DNA of 64,000 bases, from the NCBI GenBank assembly GCA_964387825.1, contig CAYLWZ010000002.1:47375-111374 (forward strand). Direction: 5' to 3'. A program made the translations under genes and the position numbers. Position 1 is the first letter of the stretch, and every line of letters begins with the position of its first letter. Shown piece by piece: positions 9,300-19,112 of the stretch. The notes below the pieces were generated by a model. The model was not told the origin of the DNA and made no database searches. It was given only the letters and a program-made list of their open reading frames with translations. This DNA is from an uncultured Candidatus Saccharibacteria bacterium. Its GTDB lineage: Bacteria; Patescibacteriota; Minisyncoccia; Minisyncoccales; GWA2-38-27.

Positions 9300-10106
9300 T
9301 TATTTCTTTTTCTTAGATTTCCTCCTCTTGATAATATATTTATCGCTTCTCTTTTTTCTCCTTGTTTTCACTCCTAACGCAGGTTTCCCCCAGGGAGTTT
9401 TCGGATATTTTAAGCCAATTGACGACCTTCCTTCTCCTCCTCCATGAGGATGGTCAACAGGATTCATAGCCACGCCTCTAACGGACGGCCTGTGTCCCAT
9501 TAAACGATTCCTACCCGCTTTTCCAATAATTCTGTAACGCCATTCAGAATGTGAAACAGCCCCGACGGTCGCATAACAATCCCCAAAAACCATTCTTATT
9601 TCGCTGGACGGCATTTCTAAATTAACATATTTTCCTTCCTGTGCCAAAATTTTGGCGCTACTTCCCGCAGACCTGACTATTATCCCTCCTTCCCCTGATA
9701 TAAGCTCAATATTATAAACCATAGTTCCTACCGGAATATTTTTAATTTTCATTCTGTTTCCGGTTTTAATCTCAGCTTTCTCTGCCGAAATTATCTCGTC
9801 TCCTATTTTTAAGTCCTGACCGGCTAATCTATAACGTCTATCTCCGTCGCTATATTCTAAAAGAGCGATAAAGGCGGTGCGATAAGGATCGTATTCCAGA
9901 GCAATAACTTTAGCCGGGATGTCAATTTTTTTCTGATCAAAATCAACAATCCTGTATAATTTCTTACTCCCTCCTCCCCGATGACGGACAGTTATCCGGC
10001 CAGAATTATTCCTTCCCGCCCTTCTTTTAAAAGACAAAAGCAATCGTTTCTCGGGTTTTTTCTTAGTCAATATTTTTGTCGCTGATATTTTTTTTTTCTT
10101 CTTCAT
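9300..10106 (-). CDS. rplB: 50S ribosomal protein uL2 (start moved to MKKKK)
   Basis: [35 protein letters not shown]; the upstream 47 codons are repeat-derived. Confidence 0.97.
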   Translation of the reverse strand: MKKKKKISATKILTKKKPEKRLLLSFKRRAGRNNSGRITVRHRGGGSKKLYRIVDFDQKKIDIPAKVIALEYDPYRTAFIALLEYSDGDRRYRLAGQDLKIGDEIISAEKAEIKTGNRMKIKNIPVGTMVYNIELISGEGGIIVRSAGSSAKILAQEGKYVNLEMPSSEIRMVFGDCYATVGAVSHSEWRYRIIGKAGRNRLMGHRPSVRGVAMNPVDHPHGGGEGRSSIGLKYPKTPWGKPALGVKTRRKKRSDKYIIKRRKSKKKK

Positions 10107-10140
10107 AAAAACAATGATTTTTCCGCATCTATTTAGAACC

Positions 10141-10172
10141 GTACGGGCGGGCGACCCACGGGTCTCCCCTAC
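10141..10172 (-). repeat. GTAG-type REP-like palindrome
   Basis: Minus strand reads GTAGGGGAGACCCGTGGGTCGCCCGCCCGTAC. Confidence 0.65.
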
Positions 10173-10224
10173 GATTTTTTCAAATAAATATTGCCTATTT
10201 TCAGCGCGATTCGTATTTTGAAAA

Positions 10225-10275
10225 TTGGCTATATCAATCCCGCACATAAATTATGGGCGGGATTGATATAGCCAA
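10225..10275. repeat. 51-bp palindrome; its core recurs at 58928-58950
   Basis: ttggctatatcaatcccgc-acataaattatgg-gcgggattgatatagccaa. Confidence 0.75.
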
Positions 10276-10283
10276 AATTGTTA

Positions 10284-10844
10284 TCATCTCGACAATAACT
10301 CTATCTTCTGCCCCTTTTTTACTTTTACTATCGCTTTTTTATACCCTTTCCTCCAGCCGATTTGCTTCCCTAATCTTCTTTTCTTTCTATGGACATTAAT
10401 AATTTTAACATCAACCGCATCAACTTCGTATATGTCTTTAATTGCTTTCTTAACTTCAATTTTATTGGCTCCGGGCCTGATTTTGAATACATACTTGTTT
10501 TTCTCGTTCAGGTCGGTTGCTTTTTCGCTAATATGAGGAGAACCTAAAACTCGGTAAGCCCTGTCAGAGATTTGTCTTTTTTGCGCTTTTCTTTTGCCTT
10601 CAGAATCTCTAACGGGGTAAACTATTTTTGAAACCTCTTTCTTCTTTTTGGTTCCCGCAACCCCGGTCTTTTTAATCTTCTCTGTCTCTTTTTCTATCTT
10701 TGGTTTAATTCCTTCAATCGGAGCAAAATATGGCTCTTTCGCAACTTCTCTTTCCTTTTTTTTCTCTATTATTTTCTTTCCCGGTTTTTTCTCTACTTTC
10801 TTTTCAACTTGTTTCCTTTTTTTAAAAATATTTAATAGACCCAT
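10284..10844 (-). CDS. rplW: 50S ribosomal protein uL23 with a long N-terminal extension containing a MITE
   Basis: PHISEKA, ANKIEVKKA, YKKAIV. Confidence 0.95.
   Translation of the reverse strand: MGLLNIFKKRKQVEKKVEKKPGKKIIEKKKEREVAKEPYFAPIEGIKPKIEKETEKIKKTGVAGTKKKKEVSKIVYPVRDSEGKRKAQKRQISDRAYRVLGSPHISEKATDLNEKNKYVFKIRPGANKIEVKKAIKDIYEVDAVDVKIINVHRKKRRLGKQIGWRKGYKKAIVKVKKGQKIELLSR
10558..10618. mobile_element. Family-A MITE (61 bp, TIR RCCCCGTTAGA), in-frame in rplW
   Basis: gccctgtcagaga...tctctaacggggt; encodes PVRDSEGKRKAQKRQISDR. Confidence 0.8.
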
Positions 10845-10848
10845 ATTC

Positions 10849-10950
10849 CTATAACCTGTAACTTGTAACTTGTAACTTGTAACTTGTAACTTGAGATTTA
10901 AGTTTTGAGTTTTGAGTTATGAGTTCTAAGTTGTAAGTTCTAAGATTTAA
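10849..10950. repeat. Paired inverted heptamer array (AACTTGT / AGTTTTG)
   Basis: About 6 units plus inverted units; supplies the rplD C-terminus. Confidence 0.85.
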
Positions 10951-11569
10951 ATGTTTCTTTAATCACCCCTATCGCCTCTTTCGGTATGATTAAATATTTA
11001 TAAGAAAGCGCGTCTAAAACGTTTAGGTCTTTCGCCTGGATTGTGGCAATTCTCGGAATGTTTCTAAGGGCTAAAATTGCATTTTTGTCTATTTCCGGCA
11101 AAGCAATTAACCCAGAACCTTTTTCTAAAAACAATTTATTCAATATTTTTTTTGCTAATTTCGTCTTTGCCTTTTCAAAACTCAAACTATCTATGACCAA
11201 AAGCAGATTATCTTTTGCCTTGGCTGATAAAACCATAAACAAGGCCTTTCTTTTCATTTTCTTGGCAATCTTTTTTTTAAAAACTCTTTCTGCTGTCGGA
11301 CCAAAAGTTACTCCCCCTCCTCTCCAAATAGGAGAACGGTTTGAACCTACCCTCGCTCTTCCGGTGCCTTTTTGCCTCCAGGGCTTTCTTCCTCCTCCTC
11401 TAACTTCGCTTCTGTCTTTCGTTTTAGCGATATTTCTCCTCTGATTCGCCCTTTGCGCCAAAACTACCTGATGAACTAAATCAAGATTCATTTTCACTTC
11501 AAATATCTCTTTCGGCAAATCTATCTTTCCGACCTCTTCTCTATTTTGATTATAAAGTATTGTTTTCAT
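10940..11569 (-). CDS. rplD: 50S ribosomal protein uL4 (start moved to MKTILY)
   Basis: GGGRKPWRQKGTGRARVGS, GGGVTFGP; upstream ATGs lie in an AACATGA array. Confidence 0.97.
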   Translation of the reverse strand: MKTILYNQNREEVGKIDLPKEIFEVKMNLDLVHQVVLAQRANQRRNIAKTKDRSEVRGGGRKPWRQKGTGRARVGSNRSPIWRGGGVTFGPTAERVFKKKIAKKMKRKALFMVLSAKAKDNLLLVIDSLSFEKAKTKLAKKILNKLFLEKGSGLIALPEIDKNAILALRNIPRIATIQAKDLNVLDALSYKYLIIPKEAIGVIKETFKS

Positions 11570-11640
11570 GAAACATGAAACATGAAACATGAAACATTTT
11601 TTTAATTTAGGTTTCAAGTTTTACGTTCCAAGTTTTAAAA

Positions 11641-12255
11641 TCATCCTCTAATCTCTAATAGCGTTCCCCTTCTTCCGGGAATAGCCCCTTTTACTGCTAA
11701 TAAATTATTTTCCAGGTCAATTTTTACTATTTTTAAATTTTTCACCGTTACTCTTTCCGTTCCCATTCTGCCGGGCATCCTTCTGCCCTTAATCACTTTC
11801 TGGGGAAACATTGAGCCGATTGAGCCGATTGTTCTTTCCGTATGTTTCGTTCCATGGGTGGCTGTCTGGCCGTGAAATCCCCATCTTTTTACTCCTCCGG
11901 CAAATCCTTTTCCCTTAGAAATACCAGAAATTTTTACTTTCTCCCCTTTATCAAAAATTGAAACATCAATTTTATCTCCCATCTTCATTTTTTGTTCGCT
12001 GTTCGCTGTTCGCTGTTCGTTGACTCTAAACTCTCTTAAATGTTTGTAGGGCTTGTCCCTAAGCGGTTTTTTAATTTTATTTTTCTTATTTATCTCTTCA
12101 AAACCAACCTGAATCGCCTTATAACCGTCTTTTTCCTTCGTCTTAATTTGAACAACATAACAAGGGCCGGCTTCAACCAAAGTCACTGGAATAACATTCC
12201 CTTCTCCGTCAAATATCTGGCTCATTTCTATTTTTTTTCCAAGAATGAATTTCAC
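11641..12255 (-). CDS. rplC: 50S ribosomal protein uL3; its GTG start is formed at a MITE end
   Basis: GKKIEMSQ, SKGKGFAGGVKR, GRMG. Confidence 0.96.
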   Translation of the reverse strand: MKFILGKKIEMSQIFDGEGNVIPVTLVEAGPCYVVQIKTKEKDGYKAIQVGFEEINKKNKIKKPLRDKPYKHLREFRVNEQRTANSEQKMKMGDKIDVSIFDKGEKVKISGISKGKGFAGGVKRWGFHGQTATHGTKHTERTIGSIGSMFPQKVIKGRRMPGRMGTERVTVKNLKIVKIDLENNLLAVKGAIPGRRGTLLEIRG

Positions 12256-12386
12256 CCCATTAGAAGTCTGTCCTTATATAGTCAGTAACTAATTTCAAAC
12301 AGACTTTTATTTTCCAACTATACTCCGTTATTGCTGAGCAGAAAAAATTTTAAAAATTTTTTTCTGCCAAAGACTTCTAACGGGGT
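12254..12386. mobile_element. Family-A MITE, long variant (133 bp), inserted at the rplC start codon
   Basis: accccattagaagtct...agacttctaacggggt; removal restores ATGAAATTC. Confidence 0.8.
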
Positions 12387-12541
12387 TCATACAATACAAT
12401 CCGAATATTCCAAATTCTTATCTGAATACTCCAAACAATGAAAAACTGGGCATTGCCCAGTTTTTCGAGGCAATTTAAATTATTGTATAATTTTTTAAAT
12501 TTTAATAAAATACATAGTTGATCTTATTCGTAGATCCGGAT

Positions 12542-12595
12542 GTTATTCGTCCTAGACCCGTTCGTCCCGAACGGGACGGACTAGGGTTATTCGTC
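12542..12595. mobile_element. Short palindromic element with a 10-bp flanking direct repeat (GTTATTCGTC)
   Basis: ctagacccgttcgtcccgaacgggacggactagg; a related module is nested in the elements at 21.7 and 28.0 kb. Confidence 0.65.
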
Positions 12596-12600
12596 AATTT

Positions 12601-12942
12601 CTATATCTTTACTTCAATATCAACGCCCGCGGGCAAAGTTAAATTTATTAAGGCGTCAATTACATTCTGATTAGGATTTAAAATATCAATCAATCTTTTA
12701 TGAATTCTCATTTCAAACTGCTCCCGGCTGTCTTTATGGACAAAAGATGCTCGATTAACTGTATATTTGTGAATTTCGGTCGGTAAAGGAACTGGTCCCA
12801 CAATTTTAACGCCGTATCTTAAGGCCGTCTCAACAATCTGCCGAGCGCTATTATCAATCACTTTATTGTCATAAGCCTTCAGCTTTATCCTGAGCCTTTG
12901 CTTAAATTCAGTTTCTTCCTTAATTACTTTCTTGGTAGGCAT
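12601..12942 (-). CDS. rpsJ: 30S ribosomal protein uS10
   Basis: [27 protein letters not shown]. Confidence 0.98.
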   Translation of the reverse strand: MPTKKVIKEETEFKQRLRIKLKAYDNKVIDNSARQIVETALRYGVKIVGPVPLPTEIHKYTVNRASFVHKDSREQFEMRIHKRLIDILNPNQNVIDALINLTLPAGVDIEVKI

Positions 12943-13041
12943 TATTATATTGCTAAGCTGTCCCGCTAAAAGCGGGGCTCGTTTATTATTGCATCGTTGT
13001 TTAATTCAATAATTTAACAATGCAATAATTCAGCAATTACT

Positions 13042-14232
13042 TTATATCTTGACTACTACTCCGGCGCCAACTGTTTTTCCGCCTTCCCTTATTGCAAATC
13101 TCTGTTTCTCTTCAAGAGCGACTGGAGACATTAACTTAACGTTTAAATTGACCGTATCGCCTGGCATAACCATTTCCGTCCCTTCTGGCAAAACTACATC
13201 TCCAGTTACATCAGTAGTCCTAATGTAAAATTGCGGTTTATATCCTTTAAAGAAAGGGGTATGGCGGCCGCCTTCTTCTTTGGTCAAAATATAAATCTCG
13301 CCCTCAAATTCGGTATGAGGCGTAACTGTTCCCGGTTTGGCCAAAACCTGGCCCCTTTCAACTTCTTCTTTTTTTAATCCTCTGAGAAGAATTCCAACAT
13401 TGTCTCCTGCTTTCCCTTCATCAAGTATTTTATTGAACATTTCTATACTCACTGCTACTGTTTTTTTTGTATCTTTTAAACCAATCAACTCTACCTCTTC
13501 ATTAGATTTAATTATTCCTCTTTCAATTCTTCCGGTAGCAACTGTCCCTCGTCCTTCAATAGAAAAAACATCTTCAATTGCCATTAAAAACGGCTTAGCT
13601 GTATCTCTAACAGGTTCTGGTATATACTCGTCTAACGCCTTAACCAGGTCTAAAATCGGCTTAGCTGCTTCGTCATCGCTTGATTTACATCCCAGCGCTT
13701 TTAGGGCAGAACCGCGAATTACCGGAATTTCATCCCCGGGATATTCATACTTTTTTAAAAGTTCTCGAATCTCTGATTCAACCAAATCAATAATTTCCGG
13801 GTCGTCAACCATATCGGTTTTATTAAGAAAAACAACAATTGAGGGAATACCAACCTGGCGGGCAAGCAAAACATGCTCTCTTGTCTGGGGCATAGGGCCG
13901 TCAGGAGCAGAAACCACCAAAATGGCGCCGTCCATCTGAGCGGCTCCGGTAATCATATTTTTAATATAATCGGCATGCCCGGGACAATCTATATGGGCGT
14001 AATGCTTTTTTTCCGATTCATACTCTAAATGAGAAACAGATATCGTAAGACCCCTGTCTCTTTCTTCTGGAGCAGCGTCAATCTGGTCAACGCTTTTTTC
14101 TTTACTGTTAAAACCCTTCAAACTTAAAACATGAAGGATAGCGGCTGTTAAGGTAGTTTTACCATGGTCAACATGGCCAATAGTACCAACATTTATATGA
14201 GGTTTTGTCCTTTCAAATTTTTCTTTAGCCAT
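13042..14232 (-). CDS. tuf: Elongation factor Tu
   Basis: [20 protein letters not shown]. Confidence 0.99.
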   Translation of the reverse strand: MAKEKFERTKPHINVGTIGHVDHGKTTLTAAILHVLSLKGFNSKEKSVDQIDAAPEERDRGLTISVSHLEYESEKKHYAHIDCPGHADYIKNMITGAAQMDGAILVVSAPDGPMPQTREHVLLARQVGIPSIVVFLNKTDMVDDPEIIDLVESEIRELLKKYEYPGDEIPVIRGSALKALGCKSSDDEAAKPILDLVKALDEYIPEPVRDTAKPFLMAIEDVFSIEGRGTVATGRIERGIIKSNEEVELIGLKDTKKTVAVSIEMFNKILDEGKAGDNVGILLRGLKKEEVERGQVLAKPGTVTPHTEFEGEIYILTKEEGGRHTPFFKGYKPQFYIRTTDVTGDVVLPEGTEMVMPGDTVNLNVKLMSPVALEEKQRFAIREGGKTVGAGVVVKI

Positions 14233-14330
14233 AATTATTAAAAGAATTACGAATAATGAATTACGAATTAAGAATATTATATAATTCCTAATTCTTAATT
14301 CTAAATTCTAAATTCTAATTTATTTATTAT

Positions 14331-14359
14331 TATCTTATTACTTTTTAAAAAAATGTCAA
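14331..14359 (-). promoter_or_regulatory. Putative sigma70 promoter for tuf
   Basis: TTGACA followed at normal spacing by TAAGAT on the minus strand. Confidence 0.45.
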
Positions 14360-14375
14360 TGTTTAGAGCGCGAAA

Positions 14376-16499
14376 TTATCGTCTTTTCCCTTCTATGATT
14401 TCCTGGGCTATATTACGAGGGACTTCTTCATAATAATCAAATTCCATTGTAAATGTTCCTCTTCCTTCTGTCAACGACCTTAATCCAGTGGCATAACCGA
14501 ACATTTCCGCCAAGGGAACGATAGCATTGATAATCTTTAAGTTTAATCTATCTTTCGTCTCCTCAATTCTGCCCCGTCTCGCCGATAAATCACCAATAGT
14601 ATCCCCAAAAAACTCTGAAGGCACAATAACTTCTAACTTCATAATCGGCTCCAATAAAACTGGTTTTGCTCTTTTTGCCGCCGCTTGAAAAGCGATAGAG
14701 CCGGCAATTTTAAAAGCGTTCTCGGAAGAATCAACCTCGTGAAAAGAGCCGTCATATAAAATCGCTTCTAAATCCATCATCGGGTAACCGGCTACAATTC
14801 CTTTATCTATCGCCTCTTTTATTCCTTTCCCCACTGCCGGAATAAATTCTTTGGGAATAACTCCTCCCTTAATTTTATCTATAAAATCAAATCCTTCCCC
14901 TCTGTCTTTTGGCTTAATCCTCAGCCAAACATGACCATACTGCCCGCGGCCTCCTGATTGTCTGATATACTTTCCTTCCGCTTCCGCTTCTTGTTTAATT
15001 GTTTCTTTGTAAGCGACCTGGGGTCTGCCAACCTTGGCGTTAACATTAAACTCACGCTTCATCCTATCCACAATAATCTCAAGATGCAACTCTCCCATAC
15101 CTGAAATAATCGTTTCGCTGGTTTCCAGATCTTCTTTTACTTTAAAGGTCGGGTCTTCTTCTGATAATTTCTTAAGAGCTAAACCCATTTTTTCTTGGTC
15201 GGCTTTTGACTCGGGTTCAATACGAATAGAAATAACCGGTTCTGGAAATATTATATTCTCCAAAACAATGTCCTGACCTTCTTCACAAAGGGTATCTCCG
15301 GTTTTAGTATTCTTTAAACCGACCGTGGCCGTAATATCTCCAGTAAAAACCTCTTTTACTTCTTCTCTTTCGGATGAATGCATTCTCAAAATTCGGCCGA
15401 CTCTTTCTTTTTTATTTGTTGTTGAATTCAAAACATAAGAACCTACTGCCAAAGAGCCTGAGTATACGCGGAAATAAGTTAAAGTCCCCACATATGGATC
15501 GGTCGCCACTTTGAAAGCAAGAGCGGAAAATTTCTCTGAATCGTCGGCTTTTCTTTCAATTTCCTCGCCTGTTTTAGGATACACCCCTTTTACTGGAGGC
15601 AAATCTTGAGGGCTAGGAAGATAATCACAAACGGCGTCAAGCAAAGGTTGAATTCCTTTATTTTTTAAGGCAGAACCGCAAAATACCGGAATTAATTTAT
15701 AACTCAACACAGATTTACGCAAAATACTTTTTAATTCTTCGTTGGAAATTTCCCTATTAGCCAAATATAGGCCTAAAATTTTCTCATCTTCCGCAACAAT
15801 TTTCTCAATCATTTTCTCCCGCCATTCTTTGGCTTCGGCTAATAAATTTTCAGGAATTTCCTCCTCTTTTACTACTTGGCCAAAATCGCCTTCAAATTTC
15901 AGCGCCTTCATCGTAAAAAGGTCAATTACTCCCTGATGGTTATCTTCTTCTCCTATCGGTATTTGAAGAGCAACGGCATTAGGAGAAAGTTTTTCTAAGA
16001 TAGAATCAAAACTCTTTTTAAAAGAAGCGCCTGTTCTGTCCAGTTTGTTTATAAAACAAATTCTGGGCACCTGATATTTGTCCGCCTGACGCCAGACGGT
16101 CTCTGATTGCGGCTCCACTCCGGCTACTCCGTCAAAAATAACCACTGCTCCGTCTAAAACCCTCAGAGACCTTTGAACTTCTGCAGTGAAATCAATATGT
16201 CCCGGGGTGTCAATAATATTTATTCTGTACTCGTTTTCTTTTCCCTGTTTTTCCGCGCCGCTATCTGCGTTTTTCCGCGTCTTCCAAAAACAGGTAGTAG
16301 CGGCTGAAGTAATAGTAATCCCTCTTTCCCTTTCCTGCTCCATCCAATCCATAATTGCCTGGCCATTATGGACTTCACCGATTTTATGGGAAATTCCGGT
16401 GTAAAACAAAACTCGCTCGGTTACAGTTGTTTTACCGGCGTCAATATGGGCAATAATTCCGATATCGCGAATTTTCTCAATTGGATAAATACGAGGCAT
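14376..16499 (-). CDS. fusA: Elongation factor G with a short repeat-derived insertion in the G domain
   Basis: [25 protein letters not shown]. Confidence 0.99.
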   Translation of the reverse strand: MPRIYPIEKIRDIGIIAHIDAGKTTVTERVLFYTGISHKIGEVHNGQAIMDWMEQERERGITITSAATTCFWKTRKNADSGAEKQGKENEYRINIIDTPGHIDFTAEVQRSLRVLDGAVVIFDGVAGVEPQSETVWRQADKYQVPRICFINKLDRTGASFKKSFDSILEKLSPNAVALQIPIGEEDNHQGVIDLFTMKALKFEGDFGQVVKEEEIPENLLAEAKEWREKMIEKIVAEDEKILGLYLANREISNEELKSILRKSVLSYKLIPVFCGSALKNKGIQPLLDAVCDYLPSPQDLPPVKGVYPKTGEEIERKADDSEKFSALAFKVATDPYVGTLTYFRVYSGSLAVGSYVLNSTTNKKERVGRILRMHSSEREEVKEVFTGDITATVGLKNTKTGDTLCEEGQDIVLENIIFPEPVISIRIEPESKADQEKMGLALKKLSEEDPTFKVKEDLETSETIISGMGELHLEIIVDRMKREFNVNAKVGRPQVAYKETIKQEAEAEGKYIRQSGGRGQYGHVWLRIKPKDRGEGFDFIDKIKGGVIPKEFIPAVGKGIKEAIDKGIVAGYPMMDLEAILYDGSFHEVDSSENAFKIAGSIAFQAAAKRAKPVLLEPIMKLEVIVPSEFFGDTIGDLSARRGRIEETKDRLNLKIINAIVPLAEMFGYATGLRSLTEGRGTFTMEFDYYEEVPRNIAQEIIEGKRR

Positions 16500-16547
16500 A
16501 AATTTTCAATTAAAAATCCTAAGCGAGGCAATAATTCTTGAAAGTAA

Positions 16548-16608
16548 ACCCAGTTAGAGATTCCGAGGACAAAGAAAAAATAAAGAAACAAGATATCTCT
16601 AACCGGGT
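16548..16608. mobile_element. Family-A MITE (61 bp), intergenic
   Basis: acccagttagaga...tctctaaccgggt, flanked by AA on both sides. Confidence 0.8.
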
Positions 16609-16722
16609 AAACTTCGGAGGCAGTTTAGCATGGTTCCCGCTTTTAGCGGGATAAACTGCCGAGAAATTAGGCCCCAAAATCTCGCTGGGATCTTGAGGAT
16701 CGGTAATCCCTAACCGAGCGGC

Positions 16723-17193
16723 TCACCAGGCGAAATGGGCAAAAGCGCGATTTGCTTCGGCCATTCGGTGGGTATCGCTTTTCTTTTTAATCGCCCAACC
16801 TGTATTATTAACGGCGTTCATCAATTCTTCCGCTAATTTTTCTTTCATCGGTTTTCCTTTTTTTTGTTTGGCTCCTTGAATTATCCAGCGCATAGCTAAA
16901 GTTAATTTCCTGCTTCCTTTTACTTCTACCGGAACCTGATAAGTCGCTCCGCCGATTCTTTTTGATTTTACTTCAAGCAAAGGTGAAGTGTTTCTTAAAG
17001 CCGTTTCAAAAACCTCTAACGGCTCTTTCTTCGTCTTTTCTTTAATAATATCAAAAGCGCCATAAACAATCTTTCTGGCTATTGTTTTCTTGCCCCGTCT
17101 CATAATTTGGTTAATAAATTTAGCGACAGTAATGTCGTTATAGACAGAATCGGGGTTAACGGGATATTTTTTTATTTTTTTTCTCCGAGCCAT
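16723..17193 (-). CDS. rpsG: 30S ribosomal protein uS7
   Basis: [20 protein letters not shown]. Confidence 0.98.
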   Translation of the reverse strand: MARRKKIKKYPVNPDSVYNDITVAKFINQIMRRGKKTIARKIVYGAFDIIKEKTKKEPLEVFETALRNTSPLLEVKSKRIGGATYQVPVEVKGSRKLTLAMRWIIQGAKQKKGKPMKEKLAEELMNAVNNTGWAIKKKSDTHRMAEANRAFAHFAW

Positions 17194-17255
17194 TTTTTCT
17201 TGAAACTTAAAACTTGGAACTTAAAACATAATCATTTAAAAAGTTTCAGGTTTTA

Positions 17256-17669
17256 TTACTTCTTTTCTTTCTTTGTTCCGTATTTGCTTCTTCCCTGTTT
17301 TCTATTCTCTACTCCCCCGGCGTCCAAAACGCCTCTTACCACATGGTACCTCACTCCAGGTAAATCTTTAACTCTTCCTCCGCGAATAATCACAACCGAA
17401 TGCTCCTGCAAATTATGCCCTTCTCCGGGAATATAAGCGGTAACCTCCATCCCGTTAGTTAAACGAACCCGAGCCACTTTTCGAAGAGCAGAGTTTGGTT
17501 TCTTGGGAGTAGCGGTAAAAACTTTAAGGCAAACGCCTTTCTTAAAAGACGAAGGATACTTTCTCGGCCTGTTTTTAAGCGAGTTAAAGCCAAAACTTAA
17601 AGCAGGCATATTAGAACGCTTCTTTTTTTTCTTTCTATTCTTTTTTACAAGTTGATGAATTGTAGGCAT
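17256..17669 (-). CDS. rpsL: 30S ribosomal protein uS12
   Basis: [22 protein letters not shown]. Confidence 0.99.
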   Translation of the reverse strand: MPTIHQLVKKNRKKKKKRSNMPALSFGFNSLKNRPRKYPSSFKKGVCLKVFTATPKKPNSALRKVARVRLTNGMEVTAYIPGEGHNLQEHSVVIIRGGRVKDLPGVRYHVVRGVLDAGGVENRKQGRSKYGTKKEKK

Positions 17670-17747
17670 AACAAAAGATTTAGGATTTAAGATTTAAGTT
17701 AAAAATTAAAAATAATAATAAAAAGATAGCGATAACCGCTATTTCAT

Positions 17748-17776
17748 AATTTAGCAAAAAGTTTTCAAATTGTCAA
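17748..17776 (-). promoter_or_regulatory. Putative sigma70 promoter of the str operon
   Basis: TTGACA-N17-TAAATT upstream of rpsL. Confidence 0.5.
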
Positions 17777-18406
17777 TTAAACAGGTAAAGAAAAACCGGT
17801 GATTAATGAAAAAATCACATTAATAATAAATATTATCCAAGGAAACAAGAAAAAAATAATAAAAAGTAAAATAATAAAACCAAATTGCTGTAAAAATATT
17901 TTTGTCTTGAGCATAGAAGGAGGCAAAAAAGTAAAAAGAATATGAGAACCGTCTAAAGGAGGGATGGGAAGCAAATTGAAGATTGCTAAAAGAAGATTGA
18001 TATAAACAATATAAGAGAACATCAAAACAAGACCGGAAAAAGAGAACGATAAAGGAAGAAATCTCAGTAACAAACCAAAAAAGACCGCTATGGTTAAATT
18101 CGCCCCGGGACCGGCTAAAGATACTTTTAATTCTCCGTATTTCTGATCTCGGAAATTATAAGGATTAATAGGCACTGGTTTGGCCCAGCCGAAAATAATT
18201 CCTCCACCGGTTAATCTCGCCATAGCAATTAAAAAAATCGGGAGAATAACCGAGCCGACAGGGTCTAAATGTTTAAGGGGGTTCAAAGTAAGACGGCCGG
18301 CGTATTTAGCTGTCGGGTCCCCCAAATAATACGCCATCGCTCCATGAGAAACTTCATGAATAACAACAGAAAAAATCAAAATAATAATCAAAAAAATATA
18401 TTCCAT
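17777..18406 (-). CDS. Site-2 protease (peptidase M50)
   Basis: HEVSH and NLLPIPPLDG motifs; start moved to MEYIF. Confidence 0.92.
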   Translation of the reverse strand: MEYIFLIIILIFSVVIHEVSHGAMAYYLGDPTAKYAGRLTLNPLKHLDPVGSVILPIFLIAMARLTGGGIIFGWAKPVPINPYNFRDQKYGELKVSLAGPGANLTIAVFFGLLLRFLPLSFSFSGLVLMFSYIVYINLLLAIFNLLPIPPLDGSHILFTFLPPSMLKTKIFLQQFGFIILLFIIFFLFPWIIFIINVIFSLITGFSLPV

Positions 18407-18465
18407 ATTATTAGTGTAACAAAAAATTTTACAAAAGTAAAAATTTCTGATAAGATAACTTAAAC

Positions 18466-18612
18466 GAATTTTCAATTATCAATTTTCAAATTTTCAATCA
18501 AATCCCAATTTTCAAATTTTCAAACTTTTTAAAAATCGTACTTTTCTATTGTTATTTAATAATTGAATCATTGAAAATTTATTGAAAATTGGTTATTGAA
18601 AATTGAAAATTA
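18466..18612. repeat. Paired inverted 7/8-mer array (AATTTTC / GAAAATT)
   Basis: aattttcaattatcaattttcaaattttc ... ttgaaaatttattgaaaattgg. Confidence 0.7.
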
Positions 18613-18617
18613 ATTTT

Positions 18618-18842
18618 ATGTCTAAACAATGCGCGATCTGCGGAAAAGGGTCAATAATGGTCCAACATCTAAAAAAACTTCGGGGAAAATATAATCCAAC
18701 AGGGAAAAAAAGAAAATACCCTAATCTACAATGGGTAGTTATCCCAAAAAATGTAAGACATCCAAAAAAAGCAATCCCCTTGCGGGGAAAGCGAGTTTTG
18801 GCTTGCACCAAGTGCATCAAGGCATTCGGAAAAAGTAAATAA
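18618..18842 (+). CDS. rpmB: 50S ribosomal protein bL28
   Basis: CAICGK...PNLQ...CTKCIK. Confidence 0.9.
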   Translation: MSKQCAICGKGSIMVQHLKKLRGKYNPTGKKRKYPNLQWVVIPKNVRHPKKAIPLRGKRVLACTKCIKAFGKSK

Positions 18843-18847
18843 AAAAA

Positions 18848-18918
18848 CGGGGTGTAGTATAATGGTAGTATTTGCCCTCGGGGAGGGTAAGACCCGAGTT
18901 CAATTCTCGGCACCCCGA
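18848..18918 (+). tRNA. tRNA-Pro (GGG), CCA not encoded
   Basis: Acceptor stem CGGGGTG/CACCCCG, T-arm CCGAG-TTCAATT-CTCGG, anticodon loop TCGGGGA. Confidence 0.9.
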
Positions 18919-18924
18919 CTATCC

Positions 18925-18955
18925 AAAAACCACCGCGCTGGGCACGGTGGTTTTT
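18925..18955. terminator. Bidirectional intrinsic terminator
   Basis: aaaaaccaccg-cgctgggca-cggtggttttt. Confidence 0.75.
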
Positions 18956-18966
18956 GTTGGTAAATT

Positions 18967-19106
18967 AAAGCCCTGCAATTTTTAGAAAGAATTCTTGGAT
19001 AATCATTCAAGTCGGTATCCGCACATATTCGCCAAAGCGAATATAAATAATAGGATTCCTTAAAAAATAATTATAGTCCAGAATCTAGCTAAAAATTAAC
19101 AGGGCT
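18967..19106 (-). ncRNA. Candidate 6S RNA
   Basis: Rod-shaped fold with a central bubble, its own TTGACA-N17-TATATT promoter and a downstream terminator. Confidence 0.6.
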
Positions 19107-19112
19107 ATCTTT

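Noticed and set aside
10107-10247. 47-aa N-terminal extension of uL2 (and similar extensions of uL4, uS17 and S2P)
   Set aside because: Produced by upstream starts in repeat or intergenic DNA; canonical downstream ATGs exist
18593-18913. 106-aa minus-strand ORF
   Set aside because: Antisense to rpmB and the tRNA gene
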